From Octopus sinensis (Eukaryota), in NCBI RefSeq assembly GCF_006345805.1, contig NC_043009.1, positions 744,001 through 808,000 of the forward strand: a stretch of 64,000 nt of DNA, read 5' to 3'. Of the stretch, positions 36,716 to 49,529 are shown in pieces; position 1 is the first letter of the stretch; every line of letters starts with the position of its first letter. Both the position numbers and the translations under genes were made by a program. The notes under the pieces are model-generated. The model was given only the letters and a program-made list of their open reading frames with translations. It was not told the DNA's origin and ran no database searches.

Positions 36716-38184
36716 AGTTATTAGCTTTTAAACTTTGCAAATTTGGGGTAATTTTAGCCAATCGTAAGCCACAGACACATTCATTCCTATTTCTACAGTA
36801 ACAAACCAAGAATGAGAACTCTTTTGCCTGTAAGAAAGCACGTGTTGACAAATATATTCTTTCACTGAGGTGGTGGCAAGATGTGCTAAAAATAACAGCT
36901 AAATAACCCTTAAATCACGTACCCCCAATTTTTTGTTTTGGTTTTTGCATAATCGTATGAACTCCTGTCTGTAGAATACAAATTGGGAAAAATTTTCTGA
37001 AAATTCCAAAAAGTAAAAAATTTATGAGGAGTTATATGGCATGCCTAAAGCAGAATTCTACCAATATTTTATTTGTTTACAGTTGACAACACATACTGTC
37101 TCGCACAAAACGACATCTTCCAAATCCTCTTTTCTGATTGGGTGAAAATGATCAAACTTTAAACCTCTATAACATCTTTTTAAAAATTCTCTGGAAAAAG
37201 TGAAATATCTCCTGAGATTCAGCTTGGAAAACTACATTAATATACCAAATTTTAAAATTTTCAATGAACATTGAACTTTCGAAAATTGGCAGCCAAAGTG
37301 AAACATTCCTACACTCGTAACACAGTATTATGGTAATCCTTCAGTAGGGCGTGATTAAAAAGGTAAATAAAAATTAAAGGAGAAATAACAAGGAGAGATA
37401 AATAAGTCAACTTACTGTTAAGCAACGTAGACATTGACTATAGCAACTAAAAAGTGAACAAATATCTTTTTCTTTGGTGTACATAAATTCGTGTAAATAC
37501 GAGACGAACAAATGACCTGACGTTCCAAATTGACGTCGGAGTTTTCTTTTTACACGCATCCACATGCTTTCCATATTTTGTCGGATCTACAAATATTTCT
37601 CTTGACGCACAATCACTTCATGAGTGTACATACCGTCATTTCTCCCCTAATTTGCTATTTCCCCTTCAATTTTTATTTATTTTTTTAATCACCTTATACT
37701 GAAGAATTACCCAATATTTTATTTTGCATTGGAATTTCTACCTTCTTTTATTTATTTTTTCTATTTTTTTTTGAGTTTATTTTCCTTTGCACACATATCA
37801 GAATACATAACAAACCACATGCCTTAAAACCATATTTCTCATTAAAACTGTCAAACACGATACACACAAATATAAGACGGTAATGCCAGCACCGTTTCAC
37901 AAACACCATATATTTATGTCTATCACTCATCAGGAGCACCCAACAATTCATTAAGATGAAACAGCTATTAAAAATCTGGAGCATGTCAAATGTCGACTAT
38001 CCATACAAATACCCATACCTCCTACATTCTGATATAAATATTCAAGAATTTTATTTGTTTTATATCTATTTAGTCAATTTTTTTATAACAAATTCTTTTA
38101 TCTTGACATACAAGTTACTGCAAATCCTTGTAACGTTTTACATATGTTTAAAAATTCCGTTCTAACCTATTTTATTTTCTTCCA

Positions 38185-38230
<46 letters not shown>

Positions 38231-38319
38231 GTTGTTGTTTTGGGGAATGTATATTTGTTTTTAACTAAACAAAATTAAGTAACAGATGTAAACGCTTACT
38301 CTTGTCCTAGAATTTGGAG

Positions 38320-38620
38320 GTAGTGGTGGTGGTGGTGGTGGTGGAGGAGGAGTTGTGGTGATAGTAGTGTCGGTTGGGGAATGGTGCGGGAGTGGTAATG
38401 GTTCTGGTTGTGGCAGCGATAGTTGTGGTGACGTTGATGATGATGGTTGTGGTGGTGGTGGTGGTGGTTGGTGGTGGTGGTGGTGGTGGTGGTAGCGGTG
38501 TTAGTGGTGATGTGATGATAGTGATAGAGTGGTGGTGGTGGTAGAAGTAGTTCTGGTGGTAGTAGTGGTGGTGGTGGTGGTTATAGTAGCAGTGATGGTG
38601 GTTTTGGTGGTTATGGTGTT
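38320..38620. repeat. (GGT)n-rich degenerate microsatellite
   Basis: Directly visible. Confidence 0.9.
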
Positions 38621-39739
38621 GCTTATCTCATCACTCTTTCTAGGCCAGTCTGTATCAGACACATGATAAAATGGAACGCATTCCAGATGCTGCCATCCGC
38701 GTCTTTGTTCTTCAAATACAGTGTATTCAAAAATTCCAGTATCCAACATTGCCTTCTTTCTTTCCTTATTGTTGTTGTGTTTAATATAGTAGGATGTTAT
38801 TTGATAGATATTTGACTGCTATTTCTAACATGTCAAACGACCTCGTAGAGACTTTCTTTTGCTAGTACGTAAATGGGATTTCGTGATAAGGTGAGCTATG
38901 AGGCGATATACCACTAACACGTGAATTTCGAGCGATGATAGAAACATAGTCAACCAGCATTGGTGTCGAACCGATAAGAGTACTACTATGTGATCCCTTC
39001 ATTTCCTAAAAATAATAGCCAAATTTCGATCATAATCACAGGGTACAGTCTTAGAAAGAAGGAAGGAAAAACTGGACAATGTGTTCCTAGGTACTCCTAA
39101 AAAGACCGTATGGTCACAGGCAAGGTCTATAAGAAAGGAATAGGGTTAGGGTTCCGTGGTCTGAGGTTCTGATAGTTAAGGAAGGGGTCCATGAGTATCT
39201 GACTCGAAACCTTCGCAGACATTTTGAATTTTAAGAGGACATACCTGGACAGTTTTGTTCCTCCTTAGAAATATATGGCAGTTGTTTTCAACTCCATTTT
39301 CGATCACATGTAAATCGCAAGTTTATCATGCGTGTAGACCCCATTTCAGCCAATCAGAAAATTTTGTTCACGTGATAAGTTCTAGAACTTTCAACAGAGG
39401 CTTTTAGCGCGAAAAGGCAGGCGAAATTCGGATTTCGTTGAATCGGTCTCGAGTAAATGTTCCCTCGTAGATGTTTGTTTCATACTCAAACCAGCGTGAT
39501 TCTCCTAATAGCTGTTTTCACATCTCTATAACCAACGCGGGGATGGACGAAGAATCAACATCGGCCATAAGTAATTTCAGCAATGTAGAAAATTAACTTA
39601 ATTATCAATTATCTGTTGAAGAACTCCGGCACCTGTAAAACACGATGTTAATATAAGATTGACTCTGCATGAAGCCAGCAATTCTACCAGATCGCTACCT
39701 TAGTAAACTTATTAACGACAGCTTCTAATTTTAAGGGGG

Positions 39740-40375
39740 CGAAGTGGCAGAATCGTTAGGCACACCGGTTTCAATGTTTAGCAGTTTTAAGACCGTATTT
39801 ACATTCTGAGTCCAAATTCAGCCGCGGTCGACTTTACCTTTCATCCTTTCGGGATCGATAAAATAAGTAGCAGTTAAACACTGAGGTCGATGTAATCGAT
39901 TTCTCACCCTCCCCCGAGTGTCCCAAAAACTTGGAACCAATACTGGTTTACGGTTTTAGGCAAACAGTAGAAGGGGGGAGGGGCAGTTGATCCTCTCGCT
40001 TCCCGATGCATGACTGATACTTCATTTTATCATCTACGAGCGGATGCAAAGCAAAGTTGACCTCAGCAATATTTGAACTCAGAACGTAAAAGATCGGAAA
40101 AAATACCGTTAAATATTGTTGCTGTTTTTTTTTTTAATGGGTTTTTGTTGACCTCAGCTGAATTTGAATTCAAAATGTAAAGAATCGGGAATAAATACCG
40201 CAATGCATTTTTTTTTTTTTTTCAAGGTAAACTTGGCCTCCACGGGATTTGAACTTAGAACGCAAAGAATCGCAAATGAACACCTCAAAGTATACGAACT
40301 CAGAACGGAAAGAACAGAAACAAATGGCGCAAAGCGATTTTTTCGACGCTCTACCGATCTGCCAGATAGACGCCT
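39740..40375. mobile_element. Cluster of degenerate SINE family 1 pieces (one plus copy, several minus head/core fragments)
   Basis: GTCGACTTTACCTTTCATCCTTTCGGGATCGATAAA on plus; repeated TTGACCTC...TTTGAACTCAGAACGT on minus. Confidence 0.6.
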
Positions 40376-40823
40376 GATTTAGCTGATTTATTTATTAATA
40401 TATCCTCGTTTCCTTCGTCCAGAGTGAGCTAATGCAAACAAGCTGTCGTAAAAGTTAATAGGATCGCTTTAAAATCTCGTATTTCACCTCTGGCTCTTTA
40501 GAAACCATTGACAAATAAATCATCCTTATTTTTAAAAAGTGGGCAGCCCAAAACCTAATAAATAAATGCTGGAATGACTTAAAAGGTTTCATATTCATTT
40601 TAGACTGGGTTTCCGGTTCGAGGATAACCTATGACCCGCTGTTTGTTCCTCTCTTTCTCTCCTACACCCACTGAAAGTCTCAGAACCACTAAAAGAAAAA
40701 GCATGGCCGCCGCTAATACTCCTTTCTATGAATAATTTAATATCAATACATACAGAATTTGCCAAAATTGTATGTAAAAATAAACTGTGTTAATTTTATT
40801 TGGAGAATGAATTGCAACATATG

Positions 40824-40862
<39 letters not shown>

Positions 40863-40973
40863 ATAATAAATATTAGGGAATGAATCCAAAATTACAGGGA
40901 AATTATATTAAAATTTTATGTATTGATTAAGTCTTTCCTTGTTTGGTTTTAAAATAGTGGTTTTGTCTCGAAT

Positions 40974-41045
<72 letters not shown>

Positions 41046-41125
41046 ATATAATATATATATATATATATAATATATATATATGTAAAAAATGAAGTTTGAA
41101 AATGCTGCTATATTAGACAAATTTT

Positions 41126-41175
41126 TATTTTTAACATGTTTCGGTTCTTGAAATGACGAACCTTATCAAAAAAAA
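41126..41175 (-). ncRNA. Minimal type I hammerhead ribozyme motif with U3-A8 core
   Basis: Minus strand TTTTT-TTGATAA-GGTTC-GTCATTTCAA-GAACC-GAAA-CATG-T-T-AAAAA: 5-bp helix II, palindromic ACATGT helix III, T/A helix I, AATAAA directly downstream. Confidence 0.65.
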
Positions 41176-41410
41176 TTATATATAATAAAGAGAGTTCATG
41201 CTATATGTTTAAAGAGTATGATGTAATAGTTCATAATTGTGACATATATTCAATAGAGTCAAATATAAAAAATTCATATATAATAAAGGGAGTCCATGCT
41301 ATATGTTTAAAGAGTATGATGTAGTAGTTCATAATTGTGACATACATTCAATAGTCAAATATAAAAAATTCATGTTCTTGAAAAAGCGAGGAGTTCATTT
41401 TAGATTTTAC

Positions 41411-41915
41411 CTTGTGTTCCAATGGGAGCAACAGTAATGATTTTTGGTTGGTGTCTGTTCGTATAATTTTGGTGAATTTTGTGATTGTTGGGTTTATATC
41501 AGCTCAGCTTAGCTGTGGTCACTTGCACTTTTCACTGACGTTATATAGTTCCAAACCAATCAAAACCCAGTCTCAACGAATATATCCTGTTAGGAAACCA
41601 ACCAAGCGGAACGACAGTTTGGCCACGGAAGAAATACGTCATCATTTTTTTGACGAATCGAAATTAGATCTGACCCATGACTGTATCCTGTTAGGTGGCT
41701 AGTCCAGCGGAACGAGACGTCATCAATGTTTTGACCAATCATCCTGTTAGGTGGCTAGTCCAGCAGAACGAGACGTCATCAATGTTTTGATCAATCAGAA
41801 TCGGGTCTGACCCATAGCTGTATCGTGTGGGGAAACCGACCAAGCAGGGTGCCAATAGCTTGACCACTGAGGTAATACGTCATCAGTTTTTTGACGAATC
41901 AGGATTAGATCTGCT
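41411..41915 (-). promoter_or_regulatory. Putative pLTR Pol II promoter and first exon
   Basis: Four TGACGT(C/A) CRE-like sites (41635, 41716, 41772, 41876), CCAAT motifs (41556, 41735), TATATAA at 41541-41547, donor AAG|GTAAAA at 41411/41410. Confidence 0.5.
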
Positions 41916-42146
41916 CGTAGTGATCTTTTTATAAATTTTTCCTTCCCTAAGACATATCTCTGTCAGTGTGAGTGACTGTTTAAGGATCTGAGAAATTGTA
42001 ATTCGCCCCACTTCCATTATTATAATTCTCTCACTGTGGTCGTAGCAACAGTGACAACGGTGGTTGTAGTAGTAGTGCGAGTGGGGGCAGTCGTAGTGGT
42101 TGTGGTAGAATTTCGTTTCTCTTTTTCGGAGGACCAATGTTTTGTT

Positions 42147-43790
42147 TTAATATTCCTGGCCCAGGGTGTTCAAACTTGGTCTAAATTTTTTGATGAAATA
42201 AAGTTCTTTATTTTGGCGTTGCGTGAAGGTTACGCTGTCACTGAATTTATAAAGTGGGTAAGTTGTAAATTTCGGATTTACATTTGCAGCACATCTATCT
42301 ATGTGTCCGCTGACCGGTATTTTCCGGTATTCAGGGTTTCTAATTTGTGATTTGTGCACCGCCATCCTATTACGTGAGCTATTTTTTGTATGGCCTATAT
42401 ACTGCCTATTGCAGCCCGCGCATGTTAAGACGTAAATTAAGTTTTCTGATGCGCAGGTGAAGTTTGCTCTAATGGTGAACTGATGGCCTTGTTCTAGTAT
42501 AAATTCTGAACCTTCTACCAAGATGACACAGATTCCGCAGTTGGGCCTTCCACATTTTCTAACTGCTGGTTTTGTGGTTGGTGTTGAGTGCAGTTTAGCT
42601 TGGGTTAAAATCCTTTTCAAGGATTTTGGTTGCCGTTTACTTTTGATGATGGTGTGTGTTTCGAGGATCCGGTTAATCTTTGGGTCTCCCTTTAGTAGGG
42701 CTGTGCTTTGTAGTATGGTGCTGAAGGCCTCATTGTTGAGTGGGTTGTGTGTAGAGATGTAGGGAAGGGTTTTTAATTGTTCTTTCTTTTTTGGTTTTGT
42801 TTGTCTCAGGTCTTCTATACTTAATTTGAGTGCCCTTTGGATTGCACTGTCTATTAGGGGCTGTGGATAGTTTCTATTTGTGAGTGTGGTTCTAAGTTCC
42901 TGCAGACGTGTGTATCGGATGGTTGTGTCTGATATTATGGTGCAAATCCTTCTAGCTAAACAAAAAGGGACATTTATTCTAGTGTGTCGTGGGTGGCATG
43001 AATCAAAGGGTAGGTACTGTTTGGAGTCTGTCGGTTTATAGTAGATATCTGTCTCTATTTTGTTGCCGGTTTTCTTAATGAGGATGTCTAAAAATGGTAA
43101 TTCTTCTTCGTTATGATCCATCGTGAATTGTATATTATCATTTATTCCATTTAATAGTATTTTAAATTCCTCAAGTTTCTCTATACTTTTATCCCAGATG
43201 ATGAAACAGTCATCGAGGTATCTTTTCCAGTTGTTCTGGATATAGGTGGAGAAGGTGTTTCCAAATTTCTCGAGTGTTATCTGGTAGAGCATTTTCTCGA
43301 GGTATCCCATCACTAGATTGGCAAAAGAGGGTGCAGTACGCGTGCCCATCGCTGTTCCCGATCTTTGTCTGTAGAAATTATTGTCAAAAATAAAGTAATA
43401 AATCTAAGTCCTTCTATTATAAGGTCTTTGTTTATGCGAGTTGGGAGTTCAAAGGAGTAGTTATTCAGCCAGAAGGTGATCGCTTCTATTCCTAGGTTGT
43501 GAGGGATGTTAGAATAAATATTAACTACGTCGAATGATACTAGAAGGGTTTTCTCATTGACTGTTTTAGGGAGGTGGTTGAGCATGTCTATATCGTCTCT
43601 TACGTAGCTTTTAATGTGTTTTAGGAAAGGTTTAAGAAGTGTGTCTAAGAAATTGCTGAGGCGGTGAGTCTCACATGCTCGCCCTGCTATTATCGGTCTA
43701 AGTTTAAGATCATTTGGTGAAGGGATTTTGATGAGTATATCGGTAGATGTTTTGCATGTTTCACTAATTATTTGGCTTTTGTGTACTTTA
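42147..43790 (-). pseudogene. PLE reverse transcriptase + GIY-YIG endonuclease ORF, one frameshift near 43395, N-terminus missing
   Basis: KVHK, LRPII, SFDVVNIYSNIP, AMGTRTAPSFANL, RYLDD, LPFLD, CGRPNCGIC, LIYVLTCAGCNRQYIGHT..RMAVHK. Confidence 0.92.
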
Positions 43791-44570
43791 GTTCTGCAGA
43801 ACTGGATTGGGCGTGAAAACCAACTTTAAAGTATAAATATAGATGTTTTTGAATCAGCAATTTTCTGATTTCAGGCAGAAGTCAGAGATCAGAGGTCAGA
43901 CGTTAGACGCTAGAGGGATAGTAGGGGAGATAACAGGGTCAAGTGACCTCACCCCAACATGAAGGTGCGTGTGTGTATAAGAGAGTATGTATGTGCGTGT
44001 GAAGGAGGGCTAGCGGTTTGGACGAGTGTATGTATTATGATGTGATGTGTAATGTCGTATGGTGTAGTGTAGTGTGGTGTGATGTTGTGGGGAGGTGGGG
44101 CGAGAGTGGGGAAAGCCCATGTGGGGTGTGGGTTCGGCTGGGGGTTGGGGTAAAGTGGGGGTTGTGCGGAGAGTGAGAGGGGAGGAGGGAGGGGAGAGGA
44201 GAGGAGGTGGGATGGGGAAGGAGGGGAGAGGAGGAGGGGGAGGGGAGATAAGGGGAGGGATGGATCAGAGAGAAAGAGAGAAGAGGAAGAGGGAAGAAGG
44301 GGAAGAAGGGAAGAGGAGGGAAAGAGAGTAGGGGTGAAAAGATGAAGGACTGAAGAGAAGTAGGAGTCGGGGGGGGAGGTTAGATGAAAAGGGGGGGAGA
44401 ATTATATTAGAGGGTCACGAAGCACCCGCTTGCTTGAAAGTTGAAGTAACAAACCCCAACTTAACAACCAATCTTACTGAAAATATGTAACGGACCAACA
44501 TAAATCGAGCAAACAAGTGGAGTTTAACATATCTCAGCTAAAATGCCGTAAAATAAGGTAACAGATATAC

Positions 44571-44631
44571 CTGGATCATGGTTTCAAATTCTGGCTAGAG
44601 CATCAATTCTCCTCGGCAGGTCTTACTGTAC
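44571..44631 (-). other. Candidate spliced exon (61 nt), possibly a 5' UTR exon ending ACC-ATG-ATC-CAG
   Basis: Acceptor TTTTTCATTTTAG, donor CAG|GTATAT; all frames closed before the ATG. Confidence 0.25.
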
Positions 44632-44764
44632 CTAAAATGAAAAATCCATCTCGCCTCTTTGTAATCCGTTACGACTTTAATTCAAAATAATTTCAGTACA
44701 TAATATACATATATGTTTGATCACTAAATCCACAAGTTTTTTTTGTTTTTTTTTTTTATTCTCT

Positions 44765-44915
44765 ATCTCTCTGTTTATTTTCTCTTATTCCTTTCTGCTG
44801 AAGAGCGTAGGCTCGAAACGTAAAAGACTTTCTCACTTTCCCGAGCGTCAAACTATTACACCTGCTTGTTGTTCATACACCTGTCTTCGCTTTTTGTTTT
44901 CCTGTAAATTTCAAC
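44765..44915 (+). mobile_element. Short non-coding element with hammerhead motif at 44791-44826
   Basis: CTTT-CTGCTGA-A-GAGC-GTAG-GCTC-GAAA-CG-T-A-AAAG; ends AACTATATAT. Confidence 0.65.
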
Positions 44916-44924
44916 TATATATAT

Positions 44925-45095
44925 GATTTTCTTTCTCCGTCTTCCCTTCTTTGGACTTTTTCTATATTTCTGATGAAGAGCTCCGCTTGAAACGTGAAAT
45001 CCTCTTTCTTTTCTTTCCTTTCCTGAGCGTCCAATAACGCTGTACTTATTCCACGTCCTCACCTTGTTGGTTTTTCTTGCTTCTTCATGTTTGGA
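44925..45095 (+). mobile_element. Short non-coding element (second subfamily) with degenerate hammerhead at 44966-45000
   Basis: ATTT-CTGATGA-A-GAGC-TCC-GCTT-GAAA-CG-T-G-AAAT; G at the cleavage position suggests an inactive copy. Confidence 0.6.
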
Positions 45096-45505
45096 TTGAT
45101 TTTATATATATATATATATATATATAAAGCAAATAAAAGACAGAAGATGGAATATACGAGAATATATTATAAATCACAACAATTGTTTTGACACATCCAG
45201 CATCGACTTCTCTTGTGGGACACACAAAAAACTGATACAGGAGCATCCGGCGGTGCGGACGTATCTCGTCGGGTGATAAATAAATAAAAAATCTCGTTAA
45301 AATTACAATTTTCATAATGCAACTCTTCGTTTTTCAGAGAGAAAAAACAACCAGACGGAGGAAAATCCTTCATATATATATAGAAGATCCAAAAATAAAA
45401 TTTCAGAAGACAAAAAGAGAAACGAACACTTAATCCAGCGAGAAAAGTATTGAAAATATGTATAAGAATGAGTAAATATTCAAAATAGATACTCGTAAAG
45501 ATGTG

Positions 45506-45570
<65 letters not shown>

Positions 45571-45571
<1 letters not shown>

Positions 45572-46120
45572 GAGTAAGAGAGTAGTGCATGCCATCAAAG
45601 TGACACAGGGTTAAAATATACGAAGCCCAATATACCCATCATGACTACCCGTTTGATAAGGGTACACCAGGCACATGGATCACAACCATATGTGCGTGAC
45701 ATTGTGATCTCATATCAAGATAAACAGCGCTTGACCTTGCAGTTGGGGGCCCAGTTAGACTTTTCATAAGGCCGAGTAGCCCATCCCGCTCAAAAGGTCC
45801 CTGAATAAGGGTTGTTTAAGGATGTTGAACGAAACACCCATGTTTCCAGAGGTGAATTATTCAAACCCCAAAGAATCCCTCTCAACACATGGCTATGATG
45901 CTCTCCCACTACTTCTGCTTGTGATCAGAGATGCACATATCGTCAGCCACTAAGTGAAATGCTAAACTGGTTAAGGTCAAACAACTGACAGACAAATCTG
46001 TGGTATTGAGCAGAATATTTGCTGTCGCCCATCTTTTATACCAAGACAAAACAATGTACATGATAACAATTCCAATCAGTTAAGATCAGAAGCCATGAGA
46101 GCCACTGCCTGGGACTGCAT
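45571..46120. mobile_element. About 550-bp non-coding element bounded by (ATT)n, copy 1
   Basis: Collinear with 47135-47681; partial copies at 46190-46262 and 48160-48376. Confidence 0.8.
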
Positions 46121-46122
46121 CA

Positions 46123-46190
<68 letters not shown>

Positions 46191-46461
46191 GAGTGAGAGA
46201 GCAGTGCATGCCATCAAAGTGACACAGGGTTAAAATATACGAAGCCCAGTGTACCGATCCTGACTAGTAAATTGGTGCTTCGTCTACCCTCTAATATAAT
46301 TAGGAATTTATGGTATAGTTCTTTTAATGCTAATATCGCTTGCTGCTGCCTCTAATGTTATTGTTAGTGTTATTATCAATTATTTAGATTTGCCTCTGAT
46401 AGTAATAATAACGATATCATCTTTACGAGTATTTATTTTGACTATTTACGCATTCTTATAT

Positions 46462-46517
<56 letters not shown>

Positions 46518-47134
46518 CGCCATACTTGTCAGATACATTAGCGAGCTTTTCATGGAGAAATGCCAAATGAAAAAGCAGAAAGTGAACTTTTAGTGATATT
46601 TTACATTTTAAGGATCGATAGTTTTGAAGTAAAATATATCAGATTTTATTCGTGGTTATCTGCGTTTTTCCCGCCGCCACTGCATTCTTGCACGTACGAT
46701 GCACCATACATACAGCATGCACAAATGTTAGACGATTATCTAATATATAAAATTCGTTATCTATGTACCAACTTTAATAATCAAACATCTACCAGAGAAA
46801 ATGTAACCAGCCAATCAATAGTTAGTATATGCAATTACACGTACATAGTCCTAGTTTTCTCTTGTTTATTTCTTCTTGTGACGGGTGTAGATAAGGTTTC
46901 TGTGTTGGAATGCTTGCTATATATTTCAACTCAACTAGTACGAAAGGATTAAAGAATTTGCTAAACGTTTGCTACGGCTGAACGATAAAAATTAATTAAA
47001 AATAATAACATGAAACTCAAACACTGCTTCTCTGTTTTCGCTATTATTTATATAGTATTACATTATATATTATATAATTTTGATTTTATTTTTATTTGTA
47101 TTATTATTATTATTATCATCATCATCATCATCAT

Positions 47135-47681
47135 TGAGTTAGAGAGCAGTGCTTGCCATCAAAGTGACACAGGGGTAAAATATACGAAGCCCGGTATACC
47201 TATCATGGCTACCCGTCTGATAAGGGTCCACCAGGAACATGCATCATAATCATATGTGTGCGTCATGGTGATCTCATATCAAGATAAACAGCGCATGACC
47301 TTGCGGGTGAGGTCAACTAGACTTTTCATAAGGTCGAGTAACCCATCCCGCTCAAAAGGTCCCTGAATAAGGGTTGTTTAAGGATGTTGAACGAAACACC
47401 CATGTTTCCAGAGGTTAATCATTCAAACTCCAAAGACTTACTCTCAATGCAAGGCTATGATGCTCCCCCACTACTTCTGCTCATAATCAGAGATGCACAT
47501 ATCGTCAGCCACTAAGGGACATGGTCAACTGGTTAAGGTCAAACAACTGACAAGCAAATATGTGGTATTGAGCAGAATATTTGCCATAGCCCATCTTTTA
47601 TACCAACACAGAACCTGTACATTATAACACTTCTAATCAGTTAAGATCAGAAGCCATGAGAGCCACTGCCTGGTACTGCAT
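47135..47681. mobile_element. About 550-bp non-coding element bounded by (ATT/ATC)n, copy 2
   Basis: Collinear with 45571-46120, same orientation. Confidence 0.8.
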
Positions 47682-47685
47682 ATTA

Positions 47686-47734
<49 letters not shown>

Positions 47735-47736
47735 CA

Positions 47737-47838
<102 letters not shown>

Positions 47839-47892
47839 TATTATTATTATTATTATTATATTATTATTATTATTATTATATTATTATCATTA

Positions 47893-48092
47893 TTATTACC
47901 TCCGCATTTATCGAAGGCAGAGGTATTGTTTTCAGTCATGTTTGTTTATTTGTTTGTCCTAGACAAGATATCTCAAGAACCACGAGATGGATTCAGATGG
48001 AACTTTCAGGGATGTTTGGCCTCGTGACTGGCATGGATTGATTAGATTTGGGGACCGATCCGGTACCGGACAAGGATTCTGGATTATTTGTT
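47893..48092 (+). mobile_element. Helentron/DINE-like element in an (ATT)n array
   Basis: ATTACCTCCGC...GGCAGAGGTATTGTTTTC hairpin start; homologous to 23673-23880. Confidence 0.55.
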
Positions 48093-48597
48093 ATATTTAC
48101 TTTACTTTACATTGAAGTATTACGATCTTACGTTGACTTTCAAGTCTTTCTCTGATTATCCCCCCCGCTACTTCTGCTCGTGATCAGAGATGCACATATT
48201 GTCAGCCACTAAGGGACATGCTCAACTGGTTAAGGTCAAACAACTGACAAGCAAATCTGTGGTATTCAGCAGAATATTTCCCGTAGCCCATCATTTATAC
48301 CAAGACAAAACGTACGTGATAACACTTCCAATCAGTTAAGATGAGAAGTGATGAGAGCCACTGCCTGGTACTACATCAGGGCATATTATTATTATTATTA
48401 TTATTATCATTATTATTATCATTATTATTATCATTATTATTATCATTATTATTATTATTATTTATTATTATTATTATCATTATTATTATTATTATTATTA
48501 TTATTCAAACATGCTAGACGCTCGTCACATCGCTAGTAAGTTTATTAATTGTTAACTTTTTTGTTATATAAGATTTGTTAAAGCCAAAGCCAGTGTT

Positions 48598-48812
48598 GGT
48601 TGGTTGGTCAGTTGGTCGGTTGGTCGGTCGGTCGGTCGGTCGGTCGGTTGGTCGGTCGGTCGGTCGGTCGGTCGGTCGGTCGGTCGGTCGGTCGGTCGGT
48701 CGGTCGGTCGGTCGGCGGTCGGTCGGTCGGTTGGTCGGTTGGTCGGTCGGTTGGTCGGTTGGTCGGTCGGTTGGTCGGTCGGTCGGTCGGTTGGTCGGTC
48801 GGTCGGTCGGTC
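48598..48812. repeat. (GGTC/GGTT)n tetranucleotide microsatellite
   Basis: Directly visible. Confidence 0.95.
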
Positions 48813-48874
48813 TTAGAGCCTAAATTTTTTCAAATTTTGTTCTGAAAAATATTTCTTTTAAAAAATAGTGTTGG

Positions 48875-49120
48875 CTCTCGACTGAGGATGTAGAGTTCTG
48901 CGAAAGGCTGATAACAGCTGACGAAATACAGGAAGCTATATCGGACTGCATGACTGAGAATCTATCGGGGTCGGATTGTCTTCCCCACGAGCTTTATTGT
49001 TATTTGCCACACTTGTTCGACATATGCCACCTGCAGCAACCATGGCAGATGTCAACTGCAAATTGTAGCAGAATGGGAGAATTAGAAGTCCTGTCAAAAG
49101 AGGTGTAGTGGCGCTGCTAT
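48875..49120 (+). pseudogene. Old L1/Tx1 ORF2 fragment
   Basis: LSTEDVEFCERLITADEIQEAISDCMTENLSGSDCLPHELYCYLPHLF aligns with LSAREAECCESPITAADVWDAMAGCARDKSPGLDGLPYELYCRMPDLF. Confidence 0.75.
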
Positions 49121-49300
49121 CCTTAACCTTAATAAGAGCAAGTGGGGTAGTTTTTGTAACAAGAATGAAAGGATGTAACACTTGAGGGGTGCAGGTCTCA
49201 TCCCTTACATTAAATTATTTGTTGAAGGAAAAGCCAAGACTTCGAATATCTTCAATAACATAAATATTTTTATTCTTCTGGATTCGCAATAATATATATA

Positions 49301-49363
<63 letters not shown>

Positions 49364-49529
49364 CCTTCAGGGCGAACAGGTAGACATGGAGCTAGTCGCT
49401 GTGGTTAAATGATGTGAACCAAATGCTGTCTCGTTCCAGCATAGTGTAGCTTCCCCACATGTTGGCAGCTTGGGAGAGATGTGAGAACGCGTCCGTTCAG
49501 TTCACTATCAGCTTCGAGAGAGATCGATA

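Larger units (their letters stand above)
41081..43795 (-). mobile_element. 5'-truncated Penelope-like element (endonuclease-bearing, Neptune-like) with long 3' pLTR
   Basis: RT + GIY-YIG ORF; 3' region with promoter-like motifs, hammerhead motif and AATAAA; abuts (AT)n at about 40970-41080. Confidence 0.88.

Noticed and set aside
43800-43870. CCAAT + TATA motif on the plus strand at the PLE 5' truncation, as an inverted pLTR
   Set aside because: No clear homology to the 3' pLTR; short motifs alone are insufficient.
45170-45225. Degenerate hammerhead (AAAACAATTGT palindrome) in a PLE-like terminus
   Set aside because: Both the CUGANGA and GAAA elements are eroded; too damaged to call.
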